A stretch of DNA of 64,000 bases, from the IMG/VR virus record IMGVR_UViG_3300031862_000640, one strand, 5' to 3'. The number at the start of each line of letters is the position of its first letter. The stretch's first letter is position 1. This document shows positions 1 through 9,972 of this stretch, piece by piece. Both the position numbers and the translations under genes were made by a program. The stretch is from an uncultured virus (IMG/VR IMGVR_UViG_3300031862_000640). Lineage: Duplodnaviria; Heunggongvirae; Uroviricota; Caudoviricetes. The notes under the pieces were generated by a model. That model was not told the origin of the DNA. It made no database searches and saw nothing but the letters and a program-made list of their open reading frames with translations.

Positions 1-189
1 TAGTGCTTCTCGAAGCTGGGTTGAACTCCAAGAGTCCCTATTTCGTGTCACAACTCCAATTTTCAAAAATGAACCTTCTTTGCGTTTGAATCTGTGAAAG
101 ATGCTACAGGGATTATGTTCTTAAAGACAGCGGTTGGTTTGGTCGGAGTTTCTGTGGGTGTGTGTGGAAACGGTTTTGTTTGTGTGGTG

Positions 190-693
190 TTATGTGTTTT
201 TGTATTGGTATGAGCTTTTGTCTTTGTATTGTATGGTTATGGTTAGTGTGAATGTGTATTTTCCCGGCGTGAGGTTTGGAACGGAGGAAATTTTCAGCGT
301 TACGTCGTTGAACCTGTAGTCCATGTTTGTTTGTGTTTGAAATTGTCCGCCATTGATTTCTGTGAATGTTAAGGTTGAATAGCGGTGCTTTCGTGGTGGG
401 TTGTCGTAGCTTTCCAGCGTGCCTTCAACATGGAACTCTCCTAATCCTATAATGGTTTTCTTTTCTGTAATCTCCAACGTTATGTTCATTAAGCCTTCTT
501 CGCTTTTGGGATTTACGAAGCTAACTACCCACTCGTAGGTGGAGCCGGCAACCATGTTTAAAGGCAACCTTTTAACCACATGGAAGCCTGGAATACGCCT
601 ATCCAAAGGCCCCATTGATGTGGCTGACACCTGATATATGGCGAAGGCTATCAATAGAATGAAAGCAAACGTGAACGTTCTTCGGCGTCGCAT
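190..693 (-). CDS. secreted hypothetical protein, beta-rich
   Basis: Basic N-terminus plus hydrophobic signal peptide; 167-aa ORF. Confidence 0.6.
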   Translation of the reverse strand: MRRRRTFTFAFILLIAFAIYQVSATSMGPLDRRIPGFHVVKRLPLNMVAGSTYEWVVSFVNPKSEEGLMNITLEITEKKTIIGLGEFHVEGTLESYDNPPRKHRYSTLTFTEINGGQFQTQTNMDYRFNDVTLKISSVPNLTPGKYTFTLTITIQYKDKSSYQYKNT

Positions 694-767
694 TCCAACT
701 CACTGCTTAGATTGAGAAGCGAAAATAAAAAAGGGAATATGGGAGTTAAGGTTTTTGGTTTACGCTT

Positions 768-1529
768 TTATGGTAGTGGTGGTATTATGGTTGCCATGAA
801 ACGGTACGTTCCTGGCTCCAATGCAGAGTTTGCTACTATCCAGACTGCTGTATGGTACGTTCCCGGCGGTATAATAACAGTAGGCGGAGATTGTAGTCTT
901 CCGTCCGGTCTCCACCATTCTGCTATTGGAACTGTCAACTTTCCATTAATCCAACTGAGCAGGTATCCATTTCCATAAGGTGATCCCGTTGGTCTTGTGT
1001 CTCTATCTCCATCCACGTCGCCAGTATTATGCCAATCGCCCAGTCTTCCATCTCCTGTAGTAATTGCTATGTTACCTATGTTATACATGCCAAGATCGTC
1101 CGATACAACCCAGTCCATCCAACTCGGATTTGCTTTTAACCAATCTTTCCAGCCAAGACTTGTTGGATTGTAGGTGGCGTTCCAAGCGTATTCTATGTCA
1201 CTGGACATCGCTACGTAGATTCCAACCCCATCAAAATCTATCCAATCGTTATAGTAGTCACTCCATTTTTGCACGTGTAACTCTGTAACACCATTAACTG
1301 GCGCATTTGCAAGGTTAGTTACTGTTATTAGTAGCAAATGATTATCTCCACCGTGCATGGGGCTAAATGTCCATACGCTTCCGTCCAGAGATATTGGTAA
1401 TTCCACTGTTGTTTCCGCGACTATCGTGTTGCTTAAGTAGTTCACAACCGCTGCGGATACTACGCCTACTAAGAGCGTTATAGTCAAAACTGCAAGGAAC
1501 ATTTTCTTACGTTGCATTTTTTCTTTCAT
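768..1529 (-). CDS. secreted surface/filament-type protein
   Basis: Signal peptide followed by AAVVNYLSNTI; GGAGG RBS. Confidence 0.6.
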   Translation of the reverse strand: MKEKMQRKKMFLAVLTITLLVGVVSAAVVNYLSNTIVAETTVELPISLDGSVWTFSPMHGGDNHLLLITVTNLANAPVNGVTELHVQKWSDYYNDWIDFDGVGIYVAMSSDIEYAWNATYNPTSLGWKDWLKANPSWMDWVVSDDLGMYNIGNIAITTGDGRLGDWHNTGDVDGDRDTRPTGSPYGNGYLLSWINGKLTVPIAEWWRPDGRLQSPPTVIIPPGTYHTAVWIVANSALEPGTYRFMATIIPPLP

Positions 1530-1656
1530 TCCTCCTTTCTCTTTTTAGGCAACTTTAGGTATATTCGGTCTGAGAATTAAATGTTTGTGAATGAATCTTC
1601 TGTAACAAAACACCATATTTTATTATTAGGAAAAACATTAGGAATCGTGGTTTGGC

Positions 1657-1974
1657 ATGTCCGAAATGTACGAGAACATTGTAAAATGCTTTGCATACCT
1701 AAGTATAATTGTTGAACTTTCAAAAGGAAAGGGAATAACAGGCTATGATATTCTCAATCATGTCAGCAGCTTTGGGCTTACGACAAGCGCGGGCACGGTT
1801 TATCATCAGCTTGACATGTTGGAGAAGGCTGGCTTAATCAAGCCAAAACCCGTCAGGCGTAAGCGTGGTTACAAAACTGTTTATGAAATGACTGAAAAGG
1901 GCATGGCTGCTTTCGAGGAGTTCAAAGCGAAATGGAGAAAACCCTTGGAGTACGCGGCCAGAAGTTTGGCTTAA
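1657..1974 (+). CDS. PadR-family winged-helix regulator
   Basis: GYDI...SAGTVYHQLDMLEKAGLI...VYEMTEKG pattern. Confidence 0.8.
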   Translation: MSEMYENIVKCFAYLSIIVELSKGKGITGYDILNHVSSFGLTTSAGTVYHQLDMLEKAGLIKPKPVRRKRGYKTVYEMTEKGMAAFEEFKAKWRKPLEYAARSLA

Positions 1975-2066
1975 CACGTAGCGACCAGTATTTTTGCGTG
2001 GTTTTTGCGTGATTCTTGCGTGTGTTTGTAATTGGTGTGGAAAAGCTTTTATTGCGGTACTTCTAA

Positions 2067-2918
2067 GTGAGTTCTGTGGGAATTATGCCGAAGCAAATAC
2101 CGGTTGATAGGACTGTTGAGCTTCCGAAGTTCGGGGAAAGGATTCCTGCTGTGAGGTTTCACGTGAGCAAGTTGAACGTGCGTGCGGACGAGTCCTTCGG
2201 AGAGTCGGAGGAGGATAAGATGTTGATTGAGAACCTGCGGCGGGGCAGGACGGTTCAGCCGTTCAAAGCTAGGCCTGAGGAAAACGGTTTAGGCGTCTAC
2301 GTGGGTAGGAGAAGGTTTCTGGCGAAGATGGCTGTGGACACGCCGGCGTTTGTGGTGGGTCAGGACGTGATAATAGACAACATTTCCGACGACGCTGCGA
2401 GGGAGGACAGTTTGGTGGAGAACCTGACGATTCTGCGGGAGGAGATGAACCCGCTTTTACGTGCTAGGAAGGTGCAGGACCTGATTGACTATAACATGGC
2501 TGGGCTCCGCGATACCGCCCGGAAACTAGGGATTGGAGCGAGCACGCTCAGTGAGTGGACGAAGATATTGCAGCTGAGTCCACCAATGCAGGACGCGGTA
2601 GAGAAGGGAAAGATCTTCTACAAGGATGCCCTGACTCTTGCGAAGCTGAAGCCGGGCGAATTGCAAGAAGAGCACCTAGCAGAAGTTCTGGAAACGGGCG
2701 GAAGAGACGCATATGTGGCTGAAGTGGAAAAACTAGAGACTGGACGCGAAAAGAGAGGCTTCCCAAAGGGTAAGTATATTGTGGTGCGCACCATGTTTGA
2801 GAGGGCGCACGAGGAAAAGCTCTACGACAAGCTCGAGCAGCTTGCAAAAGCAAGAAACATGCAGACAGACGAGTATAGCAAATGGGTTTTGGTCGAGCAC
2901 ATCAAGAGCTTGATGTAG
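2067..2918 (+). CDS. ParB/Srx-like protein with HTH
   Basis: GRRRFLA (GxxRxxA CTP-binding patch), SLVENL..REEMNP, HTH LRDTARKLGIGASTLSEW. Confidence 0.75.
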   Translation: MSSVGIMPKQIPVDRTVELPKFGERIPAVRFHVSKLNVRADESFGESEEDKMLIENLRRGRTVQPFKARPEENGLGVYVGRRRFLAKMAVDTPAFVVGQDVIIDNISDDAAREDSLVENLTILREEMNPLLRARKVQDLIDYNMAGLRDTARKLGIGASTLSEWTKILQLSPPMQDAVEKGKIFYKDALTLAKLKPGELQEEHLAEVLETGGRDAYVAEVEKLETGREKRGFPKGKYIVVRTMFERAHEEKLYDKLEQLAKARNMQTDEYSKWVLVEHIKSLM

Positions 2919-2919
2919 G

Positions 2920-2936
2920 TGTTCGTCGGACGAACA
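2920..2936. repeat. 17-bp palindrome TGTTCGTCGGACGAACA, copy 1
   Basis: Perfect inverted repeat just after the ParB stop codon; identical copies at 15525 and 54865. Confidence 0.9.
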
Positions 2937-3264
2937 TAACAGGGTTACAGGTTACGAACCCTTCTTCTTTTGGGGTTTGCACCATTTCAGAACCAGAACT
3001 GCATAGCCTTTCCGTTTCTCAGGCAGACAAGTTGGCAGGTGTAACACGAGTCCGTTTAATTTCTTCTTTATTCTGAACATTATACTAAAGTCACCTTTCT
3101 TCGCGATTTGGGCAGAGACCGATAGTGTCCTCTCACGGTTACTGTCTTTCTGACATGACCTTGGGCTCGTCTCTTGAATGTTTTCACCCATTACGTCCTC
3201 ATCTCTAAAATATCTGCGAACTTATGTTCTCGGTAAAGTTCCATTAAGTGTCGCTCCAAAATCA

Positions 3265-3432
3265 TCATAAAGGGATGATTGTATCTTCTTTCCTCCAAAC
3301 GTTGTGTTCAATTAGCAGGTCCCTGATTGAAGTTCTTATTGCTTCTGCTCTGTTCGGATACATTTTTTGTCTGACAAGGCTGTCTAACGCTTCTAAGTAG
3401 GGTTCAGGTACGTTCAGAGTTATCTGCCTCAA
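3265..3432 (-). CDS. CopG/ribbon-helix-helix regulator (absent from ORF track)
   Basis: Manual translation MRQITLNVPEPYLEALDSLVRQKMYPNRAEAIRTSIRDLL. Confidence 0.75.
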   Translation of the reverse strand: MRQITLNVPEPYLEALDSLVRQKMYPNRAEAIRTSIRDLLIEHNVWRKEDTIIPL

Positions 3433-3902
3433 ATGTTTTCAACCTCCAAGTCAAGAATGTTGCCATATTGGTCGTGCCAGACGATGCCTTGGATGACGCC
3501 TGGCTGTCCTACTGCCGAGTCTTTTGCGTGGAACCTTACTACGATAATAGATCTGATTACGTCGTTGAACCTTCGCGCATATTTCAGGTCAATGTCCGAA
3601 GGCTTCATCTGCTCAACTGCTTGCTCATCAGTGAAAGCATTGTGCGTGTGCACGTTTCCGATGCGTGTGTACTGTGACTTCTTTGCCATCGCTTTGATTT
3701 TGGCGAACTCTTTTGGATCCGGAGCGAAACTGAACTTGGGGTCTCCTTTGATTCCGACATTCTTAACCTCTACAACGTGCAGCACATCGTCACCGCAGAA
3801 CGGTTTTTCACTGAAAATCCAAGCACAAGACTCTTGTGTAGCACGTTCAAGCTTGACTACTTCGTCTAAGAACCCATGCCATTCTATTCGCAATACGTTC
3901 AC
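3429..3902 (-). CDS. JAB/JAMM (MPN+) metalloprotease-like protein
   Basis: N-terminal E(SCA), GNVHTH and PSDID fit E...HxH...SxxD. Confidence 0.7.
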   Translation of the reverse strand: MNVLRIEWHGFLDEVVKLERATQESCAWIFSEKPFCGDDVLHVVEVKNVGIKGDPKFSFAPDPKEFAKIKAMAKKSQYTRIGNVHTHNAFTDEQAVEQMKPSDIDLKYARRFNDVIRSIIVVRFHAKDSAVGQPGVIQGIVWHDQYGNILDLEVENI

Positions 3903-4048
3903 CTCCTTCGCCTTCCTTTGTAATTTTGTCCTCTATTCGCATAGTCTGCCATTTCAGGGCATTGACGCTCTGTTTTTGCTTTTAAGAGTTTAAGCACTTT
4001 ATCCCAGTCCATTTTAAGACCTCATTATCTTATTGATTAAGACCACTT

Positions 4049-4642
4049 TCATCTTCCCGCCTCGACTATTCGAGATGTCTCATTGTACCTGAGAAGATAG
4101 GATGAATAGGTGTGCATCAGAAGAGAGTTACTTATGGCGTAGTCGGGCCGATAGAATGTGAGGGATATCGCGTCATTGGCACCGTATTTTTGGTTTGTCT
4201 GAACTTCTGTGAAGTTGGAAGAAACACAAATTATCTCTCTTGATGACCCCTGCTGAATCCAGATTGCCATGTATTTCATGCCATAGCATTTGAACACGAT
4301 GTAAAACTTTTCGGGCAAAGTCAATTTCTTAGTTTCTGACTCTCCTGTCGTTATGGATGTCACTTTTGTCCAAGGTCCAGCTTTTTCAATAGTCAAAGTG
4401 TAATTCATGCCTATCGCGTAAACTCCAGACCCATCGACTGTGAAGGTTTTGCCGTCAGCGAAACGCAGAACTGTGTGATCCACGAGATAACCGCCATGTA
4501 ACAGGTCCTGCTGTTCATAACTGATTAACTCTCCAGAATATGTGTATGTTGAAGTTATATTACTCAAGGTCTGGCTAAGAGCTGTCAAGTAAATAATGAC
4601 CCCAAGGACAATCACAGTCAAAGTCAAAGCAATTTTCTTCAT
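4049..4642 (-). CDS. membrane-anchored hypothetical protein
   Basis: N-terminal TM; start overlaps upstream stop. Confidence 0.6.
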   Translation of the reverse strand: MKKIALTLTVIVLGVIIYLTALSQTLSNITSTYTYSGELISYEQQDLLHGGYLVDHTVLRFADGKTFTVDGSGVYAIGMNYTLTIEKAGPWTKVTSITTGESETKKLTLPEKFYIVFKCYGMKYMAIWIQQGSSREIICVSSNFTEVQTNQKYGANDAISLTFYRPDYAISNSLLMHTYSSYLLRYNETSRIVEAGR

Positions 4643-4896
4643 GGGTCATCCATCCTTTGAAATGTTTTAAGCCAGAAAGGCATCCAGAATGCGGACCAGA
4701 AGACAGTAATCACGGTCATAGTAATTATTCCCAGAAGATTAATTTTCAAAAGCATTCCCGTAAGCATGCCGACTGGAAAGGGCACTACTACAACGATGCC
4801 CCGTAATATATCTCGCAATGCTTTTCGGAAATATTTTTTATCGTGTTTTTCACGAAACTCTTTCCACGTACTCTTCATAGCCTCAAACAGTTTCAT
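4639..4896 (-). CDS. small two-TM protein
   Basis: Hydrophobic hairpin; translationally coupled. Confidence 0.55.
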   Translation of the reverse strand: MKLFEAMKSTWKEFREKHDKKYFRKALRDILRGIVVVVPFPVGMLTGMLLKINLLGIITMTVITVFWSAFWMPFWLKTFQRMDDP

Positions 4897-5227
4897 TTTT
4901 CACCATCTCCAACAACTTCCGCATTGCTTCTTTCTGCCTGACACTGCGAATGTGCGGCACAAGAAGAAAACGTAGAATGTACGCCGAAAGCATAAACCCG
5001 ATAAGAAGTGTCCAAATTCCTATCGGTAACTGAATGTCCCACATAACTGGACCTCCTGAAGCGTTTGATTGCATCTGAGGCCAGACGAACACATAGAGAA
5101 GAAGACCGTCCAAGATTGTAAGCGCTTCACTAAGACGAGTCAACCAAAACGGCAAGTCTAACCGATGATAAGTTGTTGTTCTACGCCACTCAACAAGCAA
5201 GCATCTTTTTTTACGGTAGATTCTCAT
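4883..5227 (-). CDS. small two-TM protein
   Basis: Two hydrophobic segments; coupled. Confidence 0.55.
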   Translation of the reverse strand: MRIYRKKRCLLVEWRRTTTYHRLDLPFWLTRLSEALTILDGLLLYVFVWPQMQSNASGGPVMWDIQLPIGIWTLLIGFMLSAYILRFLLVPHIRSVRQKEAMRKLLEMVKNETV

Positions 5228-5484
5228 GATGAATGGCTCTCCTTAATCGACCCAGAAACAGTACTTTTCTCATCACACTTTAAGATATGGTAGACTGCAA
5301 TGGCAATATACACCAGCGACATAGATGTAGCGAGTAACATCCACTCGTACAAGTATTCTACGAACGGTGATGTCAAATAAAATAATGCAACAGGCCTAAA
5401 CAGGTTAATCAGCAACCGAAATACTAAGCCACAAGACGCTATTATTGCCATCAGAATCAAAAATACCTTCTCATAACGGTTCAT
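5224..5484 (-). CDS. small two-TM protein
   Basis: Two hydrophobic segments; ATGA overlap. Confidence 0.55.
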   Translation of the reverse strand: MNRYEKVFLILMAIIASCGLVFRLLINLFRPVALFYLTSPFVEYLYEWMLLATSMSLVYIAIAVYHILKCDEKSTVSGSIKESHSS

Positions 5485-5954
5485 CGTGTCACATCCTGTC
5501 CATAGTAATATGCTGTCTTGAAGACCGCTCTGTAGGTTGAGTTGTCTGTGCGAAATAGGCTTTGAAGGGCGAGTTTGTTTTGTGTGCAGAGGTCATCTAA
5601 TTTTATTATCCATGCCCCGTACACGTTGACAAGTGTTCCGTTGTGGTTCTGGACTTCGACGCCTGTGTCGTTTGGCTCAAAGAACACGGTGGCGTTGTAG
5701 ACTTGAAGAAAAGGGGCTTCGTAGTCGTAAGCGCCTGAACAGTTCAGCACGAACCCGACTTGCGACACTGTTTGATTGATCCGCGTCAGATATTGGGAGA
5801 GGATCTCCTGATACTGTGTTTGGTTGCCGTTCTTCAAGTAGTCTATCTGATGTGCCAATTCCGTCTGGCGGTTGACAAGATAGACGCTCGTAGTTATCAA
5901 GCTACCTGAAATCACGAACAAGATAATTAGAAGAGCAGCCAATTTTCGAGTCAT
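5481..5954 (-). CDS. membrane-anchored hypothetical protein
   Basis: N-terminal TM, several N-x-S/T sequons. Confidence 0.6.
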   Translation of the reverse strand: MTRKLAALLIILFVISGSLITTSVYLVNRQTELAHQIDYLKNGNQTQYQEILSQYLTRINQTVSQVGFVLNCSGAYDYEAPFLQVYNATVFFEPNDTGVEVQNHNGTLVNVYGAWIIKLDDLCTQNKLALQSLFRTDNSTYRAVFKTAYYYGQDVTR

Positions 5955-5993
5955 TCAGTCTCACACTTCTTGAAAGCGACACCTACCACACTC

Positions 5994-6344
5994 TTAAGCC
6001 TCCTTGACTTCTTCGACAATAACATGAATATTACTGTCATACTTGCCCTGGCGAATGTCGTTAGCCAATATTTCAAGAACCTGATCCTTCGAAGGCTTCT
6101 TAGGCCAGTTGTCAGTGAAAATCAAAGGCGAATCCAAACTAATGATAACTTTAAACTTGCGACGCACTTCAGCGGCACAGTCTAAGCCTCCCCTGTTTTC
6201 CTGCGGAATCCAAGAGGTTGCACCACATGAGTCACATGCGCGACATTTGCCCCAGCCCTTTCGCCAGACTTTGCCGCGAGCCTGAACATGACCACAGGCG
6301 CCACACTTGTAGGATTTAATTTTTTCTTCTGTTTGTTCACTCAT
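5994..6344 (-). CDS. zinc-ribbon protein
   Basis: CGAC...CDSC motifs. Confidence 0.6.
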   Translation of the reverse strand: MSEQTEEKIKSYKCGACGHVQARGKVWRKGWGKCRACDSCGATSWIPQENRGGLDCAAEVRRKFKVIISLDSPLIFTDNWPKKPSKDQVLEILANDIRQGKYDSNIHVIVEEVKEA

Positions 6345-6772
6345 TTTTCAGCAACTCTCCTTCAAACTCCAGTTTACAACTATCTGGATTCTTCCAGACG
6401 TAAATTGTATTAGTGTCTTTTCTGAACTGCAACAACCATTGTCCCTTCTGGTACACACCATTCAACAGTGTCTTCTCAACATCTTCTTTGGTGATGCCGT
6501 AGTGTTTCATGAACCTCTCTAAAGTCAATTCACTCATTTTTCAACCTCATTTTTCATCGATACCTTCTGCACTTAGTTTTGCGCTTGTGTGAAGATGAGT
6601 TTTCTGCGTTCTTGCTTGAGGTGTTGGAGTTGGTCTTGAAGATTGTTGATGTTTTCGCGGAGAAGTTTCATGGTTTGTTTTTTCTCTTTGATTTCGTCTT
6701 GATGCGCCTTAATGGAACGGTTTACGATTTCTAACTGCTCTTTGTTTATGTTACTCACTGTTTTTACCTTCC

Positions 6773-7330
6773 TCATTTTTTCAACTCCGTTACTGTGATG
6801 AACGTTCCTACCAGGTTTGGCTCTTTGAAGTAGGTTACGTTTGCTTTTTTCCAGAGGTTTGGGACAATGTGATGCGCTGGAAATCCCATCCCAAGCCATT
6901 CTTGGATTAGATTTTTAGTGAGAGAGTATTTCGGTACAGACCACGTAAAAGCATAGGTCGTCAGCGTTCTGTTCTCTGCAAAGGACCAAGATGAGAAATT
7001 TCCTGTGGCTATAAAGAGCAAAGTTTCTCCTGACTTGAAACGACTCCAATCGTTGTCAACGGGATTAAGTATAGTTCCGTTGGCGTCAACGTATGTAGTG
7101 AAAGGCGAAAAGTCTACAAATCCATAGTAACTTGGTGATGTTTGGAACTGTGTCGTATAGACGCTGCAAGCCGCCACAATCTTGATTTGGTCATAGTCAA
7201 TGCTTGTCAACTCCGAACAATCTAAGGGCAGATATAGTGCGTACTCCTTTGTAATAGGGATGCAGACAACAATCAACGAGATTCCTACAAGAATAAGTCC
7301 AGCACACGCTACTAACTTTTTCTTGGTCAT
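6773..7330 (-). CDS. membrane-anchored hypothetical protein
   Basis: N-terminal TM; coupled. Confidence 0.55.
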   Translation of the reverse strand: MTKKKLVACAGLILVGISLIVVCIPITKEYALYLPLDCSELTSIDYDQIKIVAACSVYTTQFQTSPSYYGFVDFSPFTTYVDANGTILNPVDNDWSRFKSGETLLFIATGNFSSWSFAENRTLTTYAFTWSVPKYSLTKNLIQEWLGMGFPAHHIVPNLWKKANVTYFKEPNLVGTFITVTELKK

Positions 7331-7890
7331 TTTTGTTCGCCTGTCAACGTGTAGACCACCTCTCCGACACCGCTCACTGAGACTAAAACTGTGATGTTTT
7401 TATTCGACAGATTTGCGAAGCCAAAGGCAGCCAACCATGTGAATGTAAAACGGTCAGCGCCTTGTATGAGTTTGTATAGTTCTGAGCTGTTTGGGTTGGC
7501 CGTGTCATGGTAAAGATACATTTGAATTTCGCTGGCTGGAATCGTTTTTACTCCAACATGAATCATGTCTGCGACGGACGTTAGCGAGTATTTGTAGTTC
7601 GTCAGATTATGCGAGACCGTTTCATTGCTCACCCAAGCGCACATAGCACTTTCTACTTGAGCTCTGTTGTTGCAGAAATTTTGAAGGGTGTAAATTGGCG
7701 TGTAGTTGCCTGGCTCTACCGTAATAGTGAAGTTTGCAGTGTATTGATACTCAAAGTTGTTGTTGGCGGTATAGAAGGCTGGTTGCTTGCCTTGTTGCTT
7801 GCCTTTTTGATTCTGTGCCCACGCTGTGACTGCGACCGACACGGCAAAAATTACAGCTATCAAAATGATACTTGCGACTATTTTATTCAT
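7327..7890 (-). CDS. protein with archaeal pilin-like N-terminal helix
   Basis: IVASIILIAVIFAVSVAVTAW resembles the archaeal type IV pilin helix; no prepilin cleavage site. Confidence 0.55.
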   Translation of the reverse strand: MNKIVASIILIAVIFAVSVAVTAWAQNQKGKQQGKQPAFYTANNNFEYQYTANFTITVEPGNYTPIYTLQNFCNNRAQVESAMCAWVSNETVSHNLTNYKYSLTSVADMIHVGVKTIPASEIQMYLYHDTANPNSSELYKLIQGADRFTFTWLAAFGFANLSNKNITVLVSVSGVGEVVYTLTGEQK

Positions 7891-8781
7891 TTAACAGCCT
7901 CCGACCTGAACATAGAAGGACAGGGATTTGTGAACGTATATTCGCGTGTTGTAAACGTCAGGATAAGGCACTTCCTGGAAAACTATTGTTATGTGGTACG
8001 TACGAGTTTGATTTGTTGACACGAAATGGAGCCCATAAAATTGATTGAGTGTGGCGCCGTACGAGTAGTTAGGTGCGAAGAACAAAGAAGGAACGTTCAT
8101 GTTGCCCTCTGGATAACTTACGTCTTCAGAAGGCGCGACGTGCATGCTGAGGTGGTTTCCATAATATCTTGTTCCTGCCGCCGTCATTTCTTCCCGATTG
8201 TGGACTGTCACTTCAAAGTTTAAGTGAGTCTGGTTGCCCAATTCAAACGTGACGTTTGAGTTGTCTGATATTACAAATGGATTGCCGTAGTGTGGGTCTG
8301 GAGGAAGGAGTACCCATATGCCAACGTTATGGCTGATGCGGTAAAGTTTGGTTGGAGTAATGTAGTAGGTGGCGTTTCCTGCGTACTCAGCTCGCTCATC
8401 ATGCCAATCTAAAGGCTGCACGTAATATCCTTCGGCGCGCGCAGAAATCCTGAAGCTGTTAGGATAAAGGGTCATGTTCGGCGTTGAATAGAAGCCTGTG
8501 TTGTTTGTTGTTACAACCGCAAGCAAATCGGTGAAACTCGCTCTGTCGCATATGTAGACCGTTGCGTTTGGTATTGGATTCAGGGATAAGGCGTCGATGA
8601 CTTGTCCGTAGAACACTCCTGTTAAGGGCGGAGGTTGAACAGCAACCTGACTAGGAGGCATTATGATTCCTGGCAGGATTAACAGAAATATCATAAAGCA
8701 CATGCCCAGGGCAAAGCAGATGGCACGAATTAACCACTCAATTTCAGATTTCGATTTTGGTTGTTCAGCTTCACTTGACAA
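7891..8781 (-). CDS. membrane-anchored protein with carboxypeptidase-regulatory-like domain
   Basis: TM, then GQVIDA...PIPNATV...TTNNTGFY...ISARAEGY. Confidence 0.6.
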   Translation of the reverse strand: MSSEAEQPKSKSEIEWLIRAICFALGMCFMIFLLILPGIIMPPSQVAVQPPPLTGVFYGQVIDALSLNPIPNATVYICDRASFTDLLAVVTTNNTGFYSTPNMTLYPNSFRISARAEGYYVQPLDWHDERAEYAGNATYYITPTKLYRISHNVGIWVLLPPDPHYGNPFVISDNSNVTFELGNQTHLNFEVTVHNREEMTAAGTRYYGNHLSMHVAPSEDVSYPEGNMNVPSLFFAPNYSYGATLNQFYGLHFVSTNQTRTYHITIVFQEVPYPDVYNTRIYVHKSLSFYVQVGGC

Positions 8782-8786
8782 AGTTC

Positions 8787-9587
8787 TTATTCCTCCTGTA
8801 TTCTCGGCGCCAAATAATAGTCAAGTTTAGAGTCTGGCTCACCGTGAAAGATGAGTTTAAGAGGCATATCTGAAGAGAATTCGACAGTTACGAGATCCGC
8901 GACAAGCGTGGCAGCCTTCAAAATGTCAATGAGATATCTTAGACTAAACGTTGCTTTCTGAGTTTCTTGCACGTCCAGACTCAGGACAACGTCACTGTTT
9001 TTGAGCAGTTCCATGTGAGCAGTCATAAGGTCACCCGTTGCATGAAGAGACACTTTTTCGGGTTCTGCTTGTATCCTGACGTGGTCGCTCACAAGTTCAG
9101 CGTCTTGTACCGCATTTTGAAAGCCTTGAACCGTCATTTTGGCCCTGCTGTTGAAGACAATCTTTGGTATTGGTGATTCTTCTTCGGAGGGCGGCATCGT
9201 GGGGAGAGTGAAAACACGTTTTGTCTTTCCAATTATTGTTATCTCCAGTTCCCTGCGAGCTTTAACGTCACGAACAGCAATTTCAAGCGACTCCTTTTCG
9301 CCTGCCCGTTTGAGAATCTTCAGCATCTCTCTAATGTTGACAGAAATCTTCGCAGATGCCCTGCAGATGAAGGTTTCGAATCTGCTTTTAGGCCACTCGA
9401 AATCGACCATTGCAACGCGGGATGGATCCATCTCTCTCATCCGCATACAATTCTCGTCGATTAGAAAAGTTGGTTCGTCGACCAGCACAGCTAAAGCAGA
9501 CATTGCATCCCTAAACGCTTTTCCGTCAGCAATTTTTAACTCAATCAAAGGGTGTTCGTCCGTAACTTGTGTCATACTAAAGTTCAT
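8787..9587 (-). CDS. pcn: DNA polymerase sliding clamp (PCNA)
   Basis: MDPSRVAMVD, FSLRYL, DMPLKL and YYLAPRI signatures; 266 aa. Confidence 0.95.
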   Translation of the reverse strand: MNFSMTQVTDEHPLIELKIADGKAFRDAMSALAVLVDEPTFLIDENCMRMREMDPSRVAMVDFEWPKSRFETFICRASAKISVNIREMLKILKRAGEKESLEIAVRDVKARRELEITIIGKTKRVFTLPTMPPSEEESPIPKIVFNSRAKMTVQGFQNAVQDAELVSDHVRIQAEPEKVSLHATGDLMTAHMELLKNSDVVLSLDVQETQKATFSLRYLIDILKAATLVADLVTVEFSSDMPLKLIFHGEPDSKLDYYLAPRIQEE

Positions 9588-9972
9588 CTCCTGTGAAAGT
9601 CACTTTTGATGGTGCCCGGTAGCCCTCGCGTTCTTTGGATATAAGAAGACCGTCTGATATAAGTCGACTCACCGTAGTGGAAAGAGTTCCAGATGAAGTA
9701 TGCCAGCCACGTTCGTCCAAAGCCTTTAACATTTCAGATTGCGACCAAAGTTTGTCTCTCGAAAAGTCCTTGAGAGCACAGAACATGACGCGCCCGGGAA
9801 CGGTGCCAGTGTTGACAGATCGTTCGATGTGGCTTTTTCCTTTGATGTTTACAAGCATTTCCTCAATAGTCATGTTGAGTTCGATCTTTCCCTCTGGGTT
9901 GAGGACCTTTTGAAGTAGACTTCTGATGTTGTCTACATCATTTTCTAATTTTTTAATTCGTTCTTCAGTCAT
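9577..9972 (-). CDS. winged-helix protein
   Basis: GTLSTTVSRLISDGLLISKE..GY. Confidence 0.6.
   Translation of the reverse strand: MTEERIKKLENDVDNIRSLLQKVLNPEGKIELNMTIEEMLVNIKGKSHIERSVNTGTVPGRVMFCALKDFSRDKLWSQSEMLKALDERGWHTSSGTLSTTVSRLISDGLLISKEREGYRAPSKVTFTGDEL

Noticed and set aside
134..319. GT-rich plus-strand ORF and the many antisense ORFs in the track
   Set aside because: Shadows of better-supported genes on the opposite strand, with no RBS or motifs.
3216..3231. GAAC-N4-GTTC (Gram-positive LexA-box-like), with a 15/16 inverted copy at 55675-55690
   Set aside because: Only two copies, archaeal context and no LexA seen; may be chance or a weak site related to the palindrome half-site.
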